Source: Candidatus Bathyarchaeia archaeon (GTDB lineage: Archaea; Thermoproteota; Bathyarchaeia; Bathyarchaeales; Bathycorpusculaceae). From it: a stretch of 64,000 nt of DNA. Positions 39,422 to 49,677 of the stretch are shown one piece after another (positions within the stretch are counted from its first letter, which is position 1; each line of letters starts with the position of its first letter). The notes under the pieces are model-generated. The model ran no database searches. It saw nothing but the letters and a program-made list of their open reading frames with translations, and was not told the DNA's origin. The stretch is from NCBI GenBank assembly GCA_038727135.1, contig JAVYWL010000001.1:640001-704000 (forward strand), read 5' to 3'. The position numbers and the translations under genes were made by a program.

Positions 39422-39532
39422 CCTAAAAATGCAATCAAATTATTTAAAGTTTCTTTCGATAAGCAGAAACCAACAATAAGCGTTTTAACCAATAACGGAC
39501 AACATTAAAGACCAAGAGTGTATTGAAGGCTG

Positions 39533-40777
39533 GTGAGGTTGAAAGTTCTCCTCCTGATCGGAGATGGAATGGCTGACAGACCATTAAAAGAGCTAGGCTG
39601 GAAAACCCCGCTGGAGGCTGCCCGCAAACCCTCAATGAATCACATGGCGAGTGTTGGAATCTGCGGAATAATGGATCCAATAGCACCTGGAATTCCGCCG
39701 GGAAGCGACACTGCTACGCTTGCACTTTTGGGTTACGACGCTTTTGAAGTTTATTCAGGTAGGGGTGCCTTTGAAGCGTTAGGTTCTGGAATAGATGTCA
39801 TGGAGGGAGACGTGTGTTTTAGGTGCAACTTTGCAACAGTGAATGAGGACTTTGTGGTTTTAGATAGAAGAGCTGGTAGAATAGCCAACTCTGACGCTTC
39901 TAAACTTGCTGAAAGCCTCAAAAAGGTCAAACTTTTAGATTCTTCTGTCAAATTTCTGTTCACTAATACCATTCAGCATCGTGCGGTTCTTGTTTTACGC
40001 GGTTCAAAACTTTCGCGAGCCGTTAGCGACTCCGACCCTGGTGTTACTAGAGAAAAAGTTTTGGAAGTTAAACCGTTAGACGATAGTTCTGAGGCAAAGT
40101 ATACAGCTGAAATCCTCAATGAGCTTATGGAGAAATTCCACGAGGTTCTAAAAGAGCATCCAATAAATAAGGAAAGAGTTGCACATGGACTACCGCCGGC
40201 AAACATTATTCTAATCAGAGGGGCTGGTACCCTGCCGAAAATTAGACCGCTCGGTGAGATTTATGGTGTTAAGGCTGCGTGTGTAGCTGTAACCTCGCTG
40301 ATTCGTGGTGTATGTAGGGCTGCTGGCATGCAGCTAATAACTGTTGAGGGTGCCACTGGAACGCCGCAGACAGATTACATTGCCAAGGCGAAGACTGCTG
40401 TTCAAGCATTAAAAGAAAATGATCTGGTTTTGTTACATGTAAAGGCTCCGGATGTTACCAGCCATGATAGGAATGTTAGGCAGAAGGTTGAGGTTATCGA
40501 GAAAATTGACCGAATGCTTTCTTACATACTTAACAAGGTTGATTTAGGCGAAACTTATGTGGCTTTGACCGCTGACCACACAACATCATGTGTAACAGGT
40601 AATCATGAAGGCGACCCGGTTCCAGTGGTCATAATGGGTCCGTACGTGCGTAGCGACGACGTTGAAGAATTTAGTGAGAGAGCATGCGCAAAGGGCAGTT
40701 TGGGAAGGATTAGAGGAAAAGACTTGATGCCAATCTTGATGAATTTCATCGGGAAGGTTAAAAAGTTCGGCGCCTAA
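39533..40777 (+). CDS. apgM: 2,3-bisphosphoglycerate-independent phosphoglycerate mutase (archaeal)
   Basis: IGDGMADRP, KTPLEAA, PGSDTA, DRRAGR, HVKAPD..SH, TADH. Confidence 0.95.
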   Translation: MRLKVLLLIGDGMADRPLKELGWKTPLEAARKPSMNHMASVGICGIMDPIAPGIPPGSDTATLALLGYDAFEVYSGRGAFEALGSGIDVMEGDVCFRCNFATVNEDFVVLDRRAGRIANSDASKLAESLKKVKLLDSSVKFLFTNTIQHRAVLVLRGSKLSRAVSDSDPGVTREKVLEVKPLDDSSEAKYTAEILNELMEKFHEVLKEHPINKERVAHGLPPANIILIRGAGTLPKIRPLGEIYGVKAACVAVTSLIRGVCRAAGMQLITVEGATGTPQTDYIAKAKTAVQALKENDLVLLHVKAPDVTSHDRNVRQKVEVIEKIDRMLSYILNKVDLGETYVALTADHTTSCVTGNHEGDPVPVVIMGPYVRSDDVEEFSERACAKGSLGRIRGKDLMPILMNFIGKVKKFGA

Positions 40778-40778
40778 A

Positions 40779-41900
40779 CTATTGCACTGGCATGAGGCGC
40801 CATTCTCGATAGTCCGTAATCACTTTGATATATCCTCTAAGCATGTTGTCTGTTTCAACGTCTCCGGTGTCAACCCTTAAAATTCCGCCTTCTATATCGC
40901 GGAGCTTACTCTTTGTTGCCGCGACGATTATCTTGTTTTTTCCAACACGTTTTATGATTTCTGGGCTTATTTGCTGGTTTCCTCTGCCTAAAAGGATGCC
41001 TTGTCTCCCTATTGGCGACAAAATTATCCAAGTGTTCTGCCAGTCTTCCACGTTTTCTAAAATCTTCTTCTCGTCTACGTCCAATATGACTTTGCCATTT
41101 TTGTAAATGTCAACACCCAGCACTGTTTTTGGGACTTTAAGCAGTTTGGCTACACATTTCACGGTTGTTCCTGGTCCAAGGATGTAGGTGGCGTTGGGCT
41201 GCATTTCCTCAACTATTGATTTGGCTATTGCCATCTGATTCTCTTTTTCGTCAACTGTTTCTGGGCTAACCTGTTTGCTTCCTTGAATCCTTAAGGGAAG
41301 GAAAGGTCCTTTCAAAAAACCATAAAGCCTAACCGCGAAAGTGTCGCTTCTAATAGCAGTTTCATCGGCATCCATAACCTCAAACTCAGTTGTTTCCGCC
41401 TCGCCCCTAGCATAGGCTAAGACAACTTCAACGGCGTCTGAAAGGTTAACGGCAAAAACGCCACTGTACATTTTCACGCCTGAAGGAATTCCTAAAACCG
41501 GCAATTCAACACCCTTCGTTTTCATTGCATCTAGAATATCCTTCGCCGTACCATCTCCACCAACAAATACTATCAAGTCTACTTTTTTGTCTGCCAAAAG
41601 CTCCACAGCCCTTTTTGTATCTTCTGCCGTTGTCTTTGCTTCGATTTCCATGGGCAAAATTTCCACAGGAACGCTAGCTTCTTTTGCTTCCTCCTCGCCC
41701 ATAACCCCGGGACATGTTATTATCTTAATGAAGTTTCCATGAGTGTTTTCCTTAAGTTCTTGGAGGAACTCAACAGCCCTTTTTGGAGATACCGGTTTAG
41801 CCCCTCTTGCAATAGCCTCCTCTAAAACACCATCAGTTCCCTTAAGCCCAACTCTCCCGCCCATGCCAGCAATCGGATTAACAATAAAGCCCATCTTCAT
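40779..41900 (-). CDS. ATP-NAD/AcoX kinase family protein
   Basis: NPIAGMGGRVGLKGTDG, GGDGTA, GVKMYSGVF, GRGNQQIS. Confidence 0.9.
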   Translation of the reverse strand: MKMGFIVNPIAGMGGRVGLKGTDGVLEEAIARGAKPVSPKRAVEFLQELKENTHGNFIKIITCPGVMGEEEAKEASVPVEILPMEIEAKTTAEDTKRAVELLADKKVDLIVFVGGDGTAKDILDAMKTKGVELPVLGIPSGVKMYSGVFAVNLSDAVEVVLAYARGEAETTEFEVMDADETAIRSDTFAVRLYGFLKGPFLPLRIQGSKQVSPETVDEKENQMAIAKSIVEEMQPNATYILGPGTTVKCVAKLLKVPKTVLGVDIYKNGKVILDVDEKKILENVEDWQNTWIILSPIGRQGILLGRGNQQISPEIIKRVGKNKIIVAATKSKLRDIEGGILRVDTGDVETDNMLRGYIKVITDYREWRLMPVQ

Positions 41901-41991
41901 AATTATCGAATACAAAGTTTTCGATGGCTACCTATAAACCATTTTCCGCAAATGACTTAAGCATTAAACACCAAGAGGTTTAACGAGAATA

Positions 41992-43281
41992 ATGAGGGTT
42001 ATAGCCGACCTCCACATCCATGGGCGGTACAGCCGTGCCACAAGCCAGAAAATGAGCATCGAGGAAATTGCCCATTTCGCAAAAATTAAAGGCTTAAATC
42101 TCGTCGGCACCGGAGATTTCACTCATCCCAAATGGCTTAAGGAACTACAAGAAACATTAGTAGAAGAGGCTGGAACTGGATTATACAAGGTTGCCAAGAA
42201 CCCTGACTTTCCAGTTTATTTTATGGTAACTACAGAAGTCAGCACAATATTCACTTTCGAAGATGACGTGAAAAAGATTCATCATGTTATACTAACGCCG
42301 AGTATAGAAACTGCAGTTCAAATAAACGAGCGCCTCGCCAAATATGGCGACTTATCGGTTGATGGGAGACCAACCCTTGACATGTCTGCTCCCCAACTTG
42401 TAGAGGAGGTTATGGAAGTTTCGAAGGATAACATGGTTTTTCCAGCCCACGCTTGGACACCTTGGTTCAGCATATTTGGAGCCTTCAGCGGCTTCAATAG
42501 CGTTGAGGAGTGCTACCAGGACATGGCAAAACATATTTACGCTCTCGAAACTGGCTTGTCATCAGACCCGCCCATGAACTGGCGCCTGAGCAAACTCGAC
42601 AAGTTCACATTAGTTTCGAACAGCGACAGCCACAGCTTCTGGCCGTGGCGCATGGGGAGAGAGGCCAATGTTTTTGAGTTGAAAAGCCCAAGTTACTGGG
42701 AAGTTGTAGAAGCCATAAAAAACAAGGACAAGGCGAGGTTTAAATTCACGGTTGAAACTGATCCCGCCTATGGAAAGTATCATTGGACTGGACACAGAAA
42801 CTGCAACATCTCACTTTCACCAAAAGAAGCCATTAAACTTAGTAATATTTGTCCCGTCTGCCGCAAAAAACTAACTAAAGGCGTTGAACAAAGAGTTGAG
42901 GAACTCGCGGATCGCCCAGCCGGCTTTAAGCCTGAAAATGCCATAGGATATTTGCATCTGCTGCCTCTTTCCGAAATTATTGCGACTGTTTTAAACGTTG
43001 ATTCACCATCAACACAGCAGGTTTGGAGCATCTACAATAGGCTGGTGGAAAAGTTCGGGGATGAATATTCCGTACTTATCGACGCGCCGAGAGAAGCTTT
43101 AGAATCGGTTGTGGATGGAAAGATTGCCGAGGCCATAATTAGAGTTAGAGAAGACAGAATCAAGGTTGTGCCTGGATACGACGGAGTTTATGGTCGTCCG
43201 ATAATTTTTGGGGATGAGGCTTCAGCCGCGAAGAGCGTTTCGGAAAAAGTTCAACAGTTGAATCTTACAGATTTCATGTAA
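41992..43281 (+). CDS. endoQ: Endonuclease Q (PHP domain, Zn finger, C-terminal PIP box)
   Basis: ADLHIH..YSRATS, GTGDFTHP, ETGLSSDP, SNSDSHS, GKYHWTGHRNC, CPVC, PGYDGVYG, terminal QLNLTDFM. Confidence 0.9.
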   Translation: MRVIADLHIHGRYSRATSQKMSIEEIAHFAKIKGLNLVGTGDFTHPKWLKELQETLVEEAGTGLYKVAKNPDFPVYFMVTTEVSTIFTFEDDVKKIHHVILTPSIETAVQINERLAKYGDLSVDGRPTLDMSAPQLVEEVMEVSKDNMVFPAHAWTPWFSIFGAFSGFNSVEECYQDMAKHIYALETGLSSDPPMNWRLSKLDKFTLVSNSDSHSFWPWRMGREANVFELKSPSYWEVVEAIKNKDKARFKFTVETDPAYGKYHWTGHRNCNISLSPKEAIKLSNICPVCRKKLTKGVEQRVEELADRPAGFKPENAIGYLHLLPLSEIIATVLNVDSPSTQQVWSIYNRLVEKFGDEYSVLIDAPREALESVVDGKIAEAIIRVREDRIKVVPGYDGVYGRPIIFGDEASAAKSVSEKVQQLNLTDFM

Positions 43282-43321
43282 TAGTGTCTTCTGTACGTTT
43301 TTGTTGTGTATGTGTGTTGGA

Positions 43322-43331
43322 CGTGTACACG
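43322..43331. promoter_or_regulatory. Perfect palindrome CGTGTACACG upstream of BRE/TATA
   Basis: 10-bp palindrome followed by GCAAAGC-TTATTAAG; further TGTGT/ACACA half-sites on both sides. Confidence 0.45.
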
Positions 43332-43366
43332 GCAAAGCTTATTAAGTCGCAATACACACGATACTT

Positions 43367-43717
43367 TTGATTTCCATGAACATCGCAACAACAAATCAGC
43401 AAACGCGCAGAGAAAATGAGAAAGTCTGCAAAATAATTGACCGTGTCATGAGGCAGGTTTTTGGAGACGAGGCTACCCGCCTAATTTATCGTTATTTGGA
43501 GAGCAATTACTCTGTTCGGCGGGATGAAATTGCAGATAAAATTGATTTGTTTGCGAAGGGACTTGAAGATTTTTTGAAGTCTGGGGCTTATGTCATTGAG
43601 CGGAAAATTTTGGAGGACATATACTCAAGTTATGGTTTGCTCCGAAGAATCGAGTTGGAGAAGCTTCGAGAAAGCGACTTTGCCAGTCAAGTGAAGCTTC
43701 TTATGCGGAAAGCGTAA
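43367..43717 (+). CDS. Small helical protein (NitrOD5/DUF3227-like)
   Basis: IDRVMRQVFGDEA..LIY.YLE...DEI..K...F.KGLE.FL.SGA.VIE..IL pattern. Confidence 0.6.
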   Translation: MISMNIATTNQQTRRENEKVCKIIDRVMRQVFGDEATRLIYRYLESNYSVRRDEIADKIDLFAKGLEDFLKSGAYVIERKILEDIYSSYGLLRRIELEKLRESDFASQVKLLMRKA

Positions 43718-43802
43718 GATTTCCATTTTCAACATTCTGGGCAATTTTTATTAACACCATTTTCGTGATTACATCCCTCTAAAGGCTATACTAGGAAGGG
43801 GG

Positions 43803-45191
43803 ATGTTGAAAGACACCTTAGTCGAGGTTGTTAATACTGCTGTCAACAAGTTTGGCGCCGAACATGTGGAGGTGCGCGCGCAGAAACTTTTCAAGACCAT
43901 GCTTACCATTAAAGAGGAGAAAGTTGAAGCGGCGAAAGAGGGCATTGAGAATGGTGCCGCTATAAGAGTACTTGTCAACGGCGCGTGGGGTTTCGCCTCT
44001 TCATGCTCACTTGACACAAAAACTTTGGTTAGTGCCGCCTCAGAGGCTTGCAGGATGGCGAAAGTTGCCGGTCAAAAACTTAAGAATCCAATAAAACTTG
44101 CTGAAAACAAAGCCTTTGAGGATGATGTTTCTGCTAAGCCCAAAAGAGACCCTTCAAAAATCTCTATAGAAGATAAAATAAAAATAACTTCTACTATTGC
44201 AGAAACGGTTTTGGGATATGACCAGCGCGTTAAAAGTTGCACAATAGACTATTTGGACTTGGTTGGAACAAGCTATTTCCTGAATAGTGAAGGCTCGTAT
44301 ATCAAACAGGATAAACTCTATGTTTGGTCAAGAATTCTTGTTACCGCAAGAGAAGGAGATGTTTTCACGTTTAGTCGTGAAGAGGTGGGCTCAACCAGCG
44401 GCTTTGAAGTCTTTGATGTTGAAACCCCAGAGATTATAGGCGAAAGAGTGGTGAAAAGGGCTGTTGAACAATTAAAGGCCAAGCCTCCAAAGGGCGGAAC
44501 TTTCCCCGTGGTTTTGGGTCCAAACGTTGTTGGAGTTTTTATTCATGAGGCTTTTGGTCATTTGGCTGAAGCAGATTTAACTTTGTCGGGTTCTGTTCTC
44601 ATGAATAAGCTTGGCAAGAAGGTGGCTTCCGATGTTGCCACCATTTATGATGATGGAACAATCGAAGGAGCTTTCGGCTCTTTCAAATACGATGACGAGG
44701 GCGTCCCATCCCAAAAAACGCTATTGGTCAAGGATGGCGTGGTTGTTGGACTTATGCATAACCGTGAAACAGCACAGAAATTTAATGCCAAACCAACCGG
44801 CAATGCGAGGGCCGAAGACTTCCGTGTAGAACCAATAATAAGGATGCGAAACACTTTCCTCGCGCCAAAAGACCATTCTTTTGAAGAGCTTATTGAAAGC
44901 ATAAAATTCGGATATTACTTCAAAAGCTTCAGAGGAGGGCAAGCAAACTTGGACGGCACGTTCCAGGTTGGGATTCAAGAGGGCTATGAAATAGTTAAGG
45001 GTGAAATTGGCGAACCGGTGCGAAATGCATCAATAAGTGGCAATACGCTTGAAACATTGCATAAAGTGGATGCTGTTGGGAAAGACTTTGAACTCTGGCC
45101 TGGAAGGTGCGGAAAGGGCCAAACGGCGTTCGTTTGTGATGGTGGCCCCCATATAAGGGTTAAAGAGGTGCTTGTTGGTGGCAGCGCTTAA
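43803..45191 (+). CDS. tldD: TldD metalloprotease
   Basis: HEAFGH, DDEG, RMRNT, CGK.Q...GGP. Confidence 0.93.
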   Translation: MLKDTLVEVVNTAVNKFGAEHVEVRAQKLFKTMLTIKEEKVEAAKEGIENGAAIRVLVNGAWGFASSCSLDTKTLVSAASEACRMAKVAGQKLKNPIKLAENKAFEDDVSAKPKRDPSKISIEDKIKITSTIAETVLGYDQRVKSCTIDYLDLVGTSYFLNSEGSYIKQDKLYVWSRILVTAREGDVFTFSREEVGSTSGFEVFDVETPEIIGERVVKRAVEQLKAKPPKGGTFPVVLGPNVVGVFIHEAFGHLAEADLTLSGSVLMNKLGKKVASDVATIYDDGTIEGAFGSFKYDDEGVPSQKTLLVKDGVVVGLMHNRETAQKFNAKPTGNARAEDFRVEPIIRMRNTFLAPKDHSFEELIESIKFGYYFKSFRGGQANLDGTFQVGIQEGYEIVKGEIGEPVRNASISGNTLETLHKVDAVGKDFELWPGRCGKGQTAFVCDGGPHIRVKEVLVGGSA

Positions 45192-46542
45192 GGAAGAGGA
45201 AACTGTCAGCTTGGCTGAGGCTGCTGTGAAATTCGCGCTTAAAAACGGAGCTGACGAGGCTGAAGCCTTCGCATACCAAGGCTTCACAACGGCGGTGGCC
45301 ATTGAAAGGGGACAAATTACAAAAAGTTCAAAGATTATTGACCAAGGAATCGGGGTTAGAACAGTTGTTGATAAGGCGGTTGGCTTTTCATACACAAATA
45401 TTGTTGGAAGCAAAGAGGCAATTGAGGAGGTAGTTTTGAAATCTTTGAAATCTGCAAGGGCTAGTAAGCCGGACAAGGATTGGCAAGGCTTCCCGCATAA
45501 GAAAACCTACGCCCATGTAAGGGGCACGTTTGACAGTGCCATTTGCGAATTATCCCCGGAAGATTTAGTCAAACTTTCTTCTCTAATGTTGGAGGCTGCT
45601 GAAAAGACTGATGAGCGTGTTTTTCCAATAGAGGGAGGTATTGGAGCTTCTTACCTTTCACGTGCTGTTGTAAACTCAAACGGTGTGGTGGGCTTAGATT
45701 ACGGCACAGTTATCGAATGTAGTTTGGCAACAATAGCTCATGAGGGTGGCGAAGTAACACCCGTGTGTTTCGAGTTTAACGCCGAAAGAATTTTCAAAAT
45801 AGACCCCGAATGGGTGGGCAGAGAGGCTGCGCGTCTGGCAGCTTTGGCGTTAAGAGCCAAACGAGTGGAAACAAAAAACATGGACGTTATTTTCGCCCAT
45901 TTTGCCTTGCAGCAGCTTCTCCATTACACTTTGATGGACGCTGTTAAGGCGGATTATGTGCAGCGAAACCAGTCAGCTCTTAAAGGCAAGATTGGTCAAA
46001 AAGTCACCTCCGAAGTTGTGACAGTATATGATGACGGCTTGCTTGAAGGTGGGCTCCGGACGTGGAGGTTTGATGGTGAAGGAGTTCCACAACAGAAAAC
46101 CCTCATAATCGAGAATGGCGTTCTGTGCAATTTTATTTATGACAATTACACTGCTAAAAAGGAGGGGAGGGAAAGTACTGGGAACGCTTTTAGGGCTGGC
46201 TATTTGTCAACGCCGAATGTTGAAGCAACAAATTTCCACTTTGAAGCTGGTGAAAAATCCCCAGAGGAGCTGATAGGCGAAGTTGACGAGGGGCTTCTCG
46301 TATACTCATTACAAGGAGCGCATAGCAGTAATCCGGCAAGCGGGGAGTTCTCTGTTGTGGCAACTCCAGCATGGAAGATTGAGAGAGGCAGAATAGTTCA
46401 CCCAGTTAAGGGCGCCATGCTGGCTGGCAACGTTTTCGATGCCCTAAAGAACGTTTCGGATTTGGCAAATAATGAAAGAAAGATAGGCTCGCTTGTTGCG
46501 CCTTGGGTTCTTGTGGAAAACGTTAAAGTTATCGGAAAGTAA
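45172..46542 (+). CDS. pmbA: PmbA/TldE
   Basis: [24 protein letters not shown]; no HExxxH; overlaps tldD. Confidence 0.92.
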   Translation: MLVAALKEEETVSLAEAAVKFALKNGADEAEAFAYQGFTTAVAIERGQITKSSKIIDQGIGVRTVVDKAVGFSYTNIVGSKEAIEEVVLKSLKSARASKPDKDWQGFPHKKTYAHVRGTFDSAICELSPEDLVKLSSLMLEAAEKTDERVFPIEGGIGASYLSRAVVNSNGVVGLDYGTVIECSLATIAHEGGEVTPVCFEFNAERIFKIDPEWVGREAARLAALALRAKRVETKNMDVIFAHFALQQLLHYTLMDAVKADYVQRNQSALKGKIGQKVTSEVVTVYDDGLLEGGLRTWRFDGEGVPQQKTLIIENGVLCNFIYDNYTAKKEGRESTGNAFRAGYLSTPNVEATNFHFEAGEKSPEELIGEVDEGLLVYSLQGAHSSNPASGEFSVVATPAWKIERGRIVHPVKGAMLAGNVFDALKNVSDLANNERKIGSLVAPWVLVENVKVIGK

Positions 46543-46573
46543 ATAACCTAAACCTTAAACTATCTCATTCAAA

Positions 46574-47524
46574 ATGGGGGCTGAAATGTTGAAGACAAGC
46601 ATTCGACAACGCTTATTCAAATTTAATACGTTTCGCAGAGCTGTTCAGTTTATATCCTTCCTGCTTTTCAGTGCAATGGTCTTTAATTTAGGCTCGCTGC
46701 CCATAGTGCTCCCGGTCATGTGGACTTGGGGTTACCAGCCGAACACCGTTGGGGATGCTTTAACGACACTGCAGTTAATGTTCAGCGGATGGCAGTCACC
46801 TGTTGTTTTTCCATGGCTTGCAGTAGCATCCTTCCTATTAGTAGGCGTTCTAATTGGCAAATCCCTCTGCGGTTGGGTTTGCCCCTTTGGCTTTATTCAA
46901 GACTTAGTTGGCTTTGTTAAAGTGAAGAAAACAGAGGTTTCTCTAAAAACTCATAGGAACATGGCGCTAGTGAAGTATTTTATTTTAGGCATTGTGCTTT
47001 TTATTAGCTTAACCTTTTCAGCGGCTAAAGTTACAGGAGCCTATAAAGACTATGAAAGGGCGTTAGGCATATTCGCCTATGCCCCATTCACTGCCATAAG
47101 CCCAGCTGAAACCTTGTTTTCCACGCTGCCAAGAGGCATTCAAAGCTTTTCAATTGAGATTATGAAGAAGCCGGTAGTAGATGTTTTATCTGGGATTTTG
47201 GATTTGCCTCCTCTTTTCTGGGTTCAATTGTTTATCCTTATAGGTGTTATTGTTTTGGCAGCCTATGTTCCGCGAGGATGGTGTAGGTATTTATGTCCCC
47301 ATGGCGCGATAATGGCTTTTCTAAACAGGTTCAGCTTTCTCGGTTTGCGGAGGGACCCTGTAAGGTGTGTTAAAGGCGAATGTAGAGAATGTGTTAAGGC
47401 TTGTCCCATGATGGTTCCAATTTTAGAACTGCCATGGGAAAAGTTCAGCCATCCAGAATGTATTTATTGCATGAAGTGCTCTGATGCATGTCCACATAAG
47501 GCGATCAGGCTTAAGTACCCATAA
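46574..47524 (+). CDS. NapH/MauN-like membrane 4Fe-4S protein
   Basis: CGWVCPFG, WCRYLCPHG, two C-terminal ferredoxin Cys clusters, TM helices. Confidence 0.88.
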   Translation: MGAEMLKTSIRQRLFKFNTFRRAVQFISFLLFSAMVFNLGSLPIVLPVMWTWGYQPNTVGDALTTLQLMFSGWQSPVVFPWLAVASFLLVGVLIGKSLCGWVCPFGFIQDLVGFVKVKKTEVSLKTHRNMALVKYFILGIVLFISLTFSAAKVTGAYKDYERALGIFAYAPFTAISPAETLFSTLPRGIQSFSIEIMKKPVVDVLSGILDLPPLFWVQLFILIGVIVLAAYVPRGWCRYLCPHGAIMAFLNRFSFLGLRRDPVRCVKGECRECVKACPMMVPILELPWEKFSHPECIYCMKCSDACPHKAIRLKYP

Positions 47525-47530
47525 TTACTG

Positions 47531-48736
47531 CTAAGCCCAAAAAGTCTTCGAGTACTCGTTTAAAACACTCTCATACACTTTTCTCGTTTGCTGGCTTATC
47601 TTCTTCCAGTTATAATTTTCAACAACCTTTCGGTAAGCGTTTTCCCTCAACCTATTCGCCAAATTTTCGTCAAGCAAAACTCTCGTGATTCCCCACGCCA
47701 GCGAGTCCGGGTTATTAGGATAAACCTTAACGCCAGTCACTTCATGCTCAACTATTTCTGACAAGCCTCCAGTGTCTGAAACCACAACTGGGCTTTTAGC
47801 CGCCATTGCCTCAAGCGCCACAATTCCAAAGGGTTCAAAAAGGGATGGGACAACTGAAACGTCGGCACATTTTTGAAGATTCCGCAATGTTCTATCATCT
47901 ACAAAGCCTGTAAACATGACTTTATGCGCTAATCCCGTGCTTCTAATGTATTCTGATAAGGATTGTTGCATGTACCCGTTTCCAACGATGACAATTTTTG
48001 CATTCACCTTTTCCAAAACCTTTGGCACTGCGTTGATGAGGACATGTATGCCCTTCTCATAGACAAGTCGCCCAACAAACAATACAATTTTCTCTTCTGG
48101 CAAGGCGAACCGTCGCCTAAACTGGTTTAGATCAACATCGCCGCTTTTTTCATATTCCTTTGCGTCTACGCCATTTGGAATCATTATCAGTTTGTCTTGT
48201 GGGAGTCCGAAAACCCATTTTACATGGGAAACCATATAATTGCTGCAGCATATGACCCTCCAAGCCTCATAGGTAAGCCAAGCCTCTGTTTCATGAATCA
48301 TCCTCTCATAGTCGGAGTGAATGCTGTTCCGCCTTCCATATTCCGTTGAGTGAATCGTAGCCAGAAGAGGTCTCCTAAAAACATGTTTTAAGCCTATCCC
48401 GGCGTTTGCCACAAGCCAGTCGTGGGCGTGGAAAATGTCAACTCCGCCTAACTCCCTAACAATGGAGGCTGCCTCCTTCTGCATATTCATATTCATCAAA
48501 TAAACCCAACTTGCAAAATCCGGTGAGGGGCTCTTGTAAGAATCAATTCTATAGACTTCAACTCCATCCAGTGTCTCATGTTGAGGGGCTCCCGGGAAAT
48601 CGCATGTAACGATGTAGACTTTTACGCCATTTTTTGCAAGGCTTCTTGACAAGTAGTATACGTGGGGTGAGATTCCACCGATAATTCTTGGCGGGAACTC
48701 CCATGTAAGCATCATAACCCTTAATTCGTCAAGCAT
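47531..48736 (-). CDS. GT4 glycogen synthase-like glycosyltransferase
   Basis: WEFPPRIIGG, HAHDWL, HSTEYGR, GRLVYEKG, FEPFGIVALEAMA. Confidence 0.9.
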   Translation of the reverse strand: MLDELRVMMLTWEFPPRIIGGISPHVYYLSRSLAKNGVKVYIVTCDFPGAPQHETLDGVEVYRIDSYKSPSPDFASWVYLMNMNMQKEAASIVRELGGVDIFHAHDWLVANAGIGLKHVFRRPLLATIHSTEYGRRNSIHSDYERMIHETEAWLTYEAWRVICCSNYMVSHVKWVFGLPQDKLIMIPNGVDAKEYEKSGDVDLNQFRRRFALPEEKIVLFVGRLVYEKGIHVLINAVPKVLEKVNAKIVIVGNGYMQQSLSEYIRSTGLAHKVMFTGFVDDRTLRNLQKCADVSVVPSLFEPFGIVALEAMAAKSPVVVSDTGGLSEIVEHEVTGVKVYPNNPDSLAWGITRVLLDENLANRLRENAYRKVVENYNWKKISQQTRKVYESVLNEYSKTFWA

Positions 48737-49352
48737 TTTTGTAGCCCTCCTTAAGGCTTTTGTAGGCTTCTAAAATTGTTTTAAGCCAGCGCTCAGAGCC
48801 GGGCTTAACAACTTTTATTTTTGCTTCTGGCACCTTGTAGATTCTGATGGCTTCGCTTGCCATCCATTCGGATTTCACAATAACCATGCTCGCCTCATAC
48901 ATGCCCAGCCACTCAATGCTCTTAATAGCCATATTAAACGGCGAGTTCGAACTGTGAGAGCGGTGGTCCTCTAAACTCTCAACAGAATACACAAAGGGAA
49001 CGTTAAATGCCTTTTTTAAGGTGACCGCCGCTGGAATAAAATGCCAGTCTTGCACGTCTATGAGGTCTACGTGTCCACCAGCCTTGTAATAAATGTTGGC
49101 AGCGACTCGCTCCACCTCTTGGTTTAAGGTCAAAACCCATGTGAGGACGCTTATGTGGGTTTTAACGGGGTTTGTCACCCTACAAGTTTTGACGCCATTT
49201 TCTTCAAGTTCCCCGGTCATATAATCATGATAGGTGACCACATATGTTTCAACCTTGTTTTTGGCGAGTTGCACCGCCAACTCCTTCACATAATCGGCAA
49301 GTTTTCCAACAACTCTTGGCGGGTACTCCCATGAGAAAATTATTACTCGCAT
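48729..49352 (-). CDS. Stand-alone GT4 N-terminal domain protein
   Basis: WEYPPRVVG, QDWH, SIEWLGMYEA; ends before the C-terminal nucleotide-sugar domain; 8-nt overlap with the next gene. Confidence 0.8.
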   Translation of the reverse strand: MRVIIFSWEYPPRVVGKLADYVKELAVQLAKNKVETYVVTYHDYMTGELEENGVKTCRVTNPVKTHISVLTWVLTLNQEVERVAANIYYKAGGHVDLIDVQDWHFIPAAVTLKKAFNVPFVYSVESLEDHRSHSSNSPFNMAIKSIEWLGMYEASMVIVKSEWMASEAIRIYKVPEAKIKVVKPGSERWLKTILEAYKSLKEGYKNA

Positions 49353-49365
49353 TTGCTACCGCCGG

Positions 49366-49620
49366 TTAAGTGAAAAGTGCACAGACCTTGATTATTCCTC
49401 TTCCAGTAAGATAGTACCATTTTTTCCCTTGGCTGTCGGCGAAGCTCTCCACATAACCCTCACATCCATAACTGTCTAGGATTCTTTCAACTTCTGTTAT
49501 ATCCAGCTGTAAGACTTGGGCAAGTTCCTCGCTTTTCCTCGCTAAATCTGGGGCTGTAGCGCATAGGTTATGGAGCGTTTGCAGAATTTTTTCAGAAATT
49601 GGAAGTTCCTCCCTCAACAT
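49366..49620 (-). CDS. Small winged-helix protein
   Basis: EELAQVLQLDITEVERIL...EGYV...KWYYLTGRG. Confidence 0.75.
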   Translation of the reverse strand: MLREELPISEKILQTLHNLCATAPDLARKSEELAQVLQLDITEVERILDSYGCEGYVESFADSQGKKWYYLTGRGIIKVCALFT

Positions 49621-49677
49621 TTCTCACCTTTAAGCCAAAACATGCCTAATGCGTTTCCTATTAAGGCTTGCATATGC

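Noticed and set aside
43255-43281. PIP box at the EndoQ C-terminus
   Set aside because: Real, but already described for EndoQ.
48729-49352. Frameshifted GT4 pseudogene
   Set aside because: No C-terminal remainder follows; the next ORF is a complete GT4 with a coupled start.
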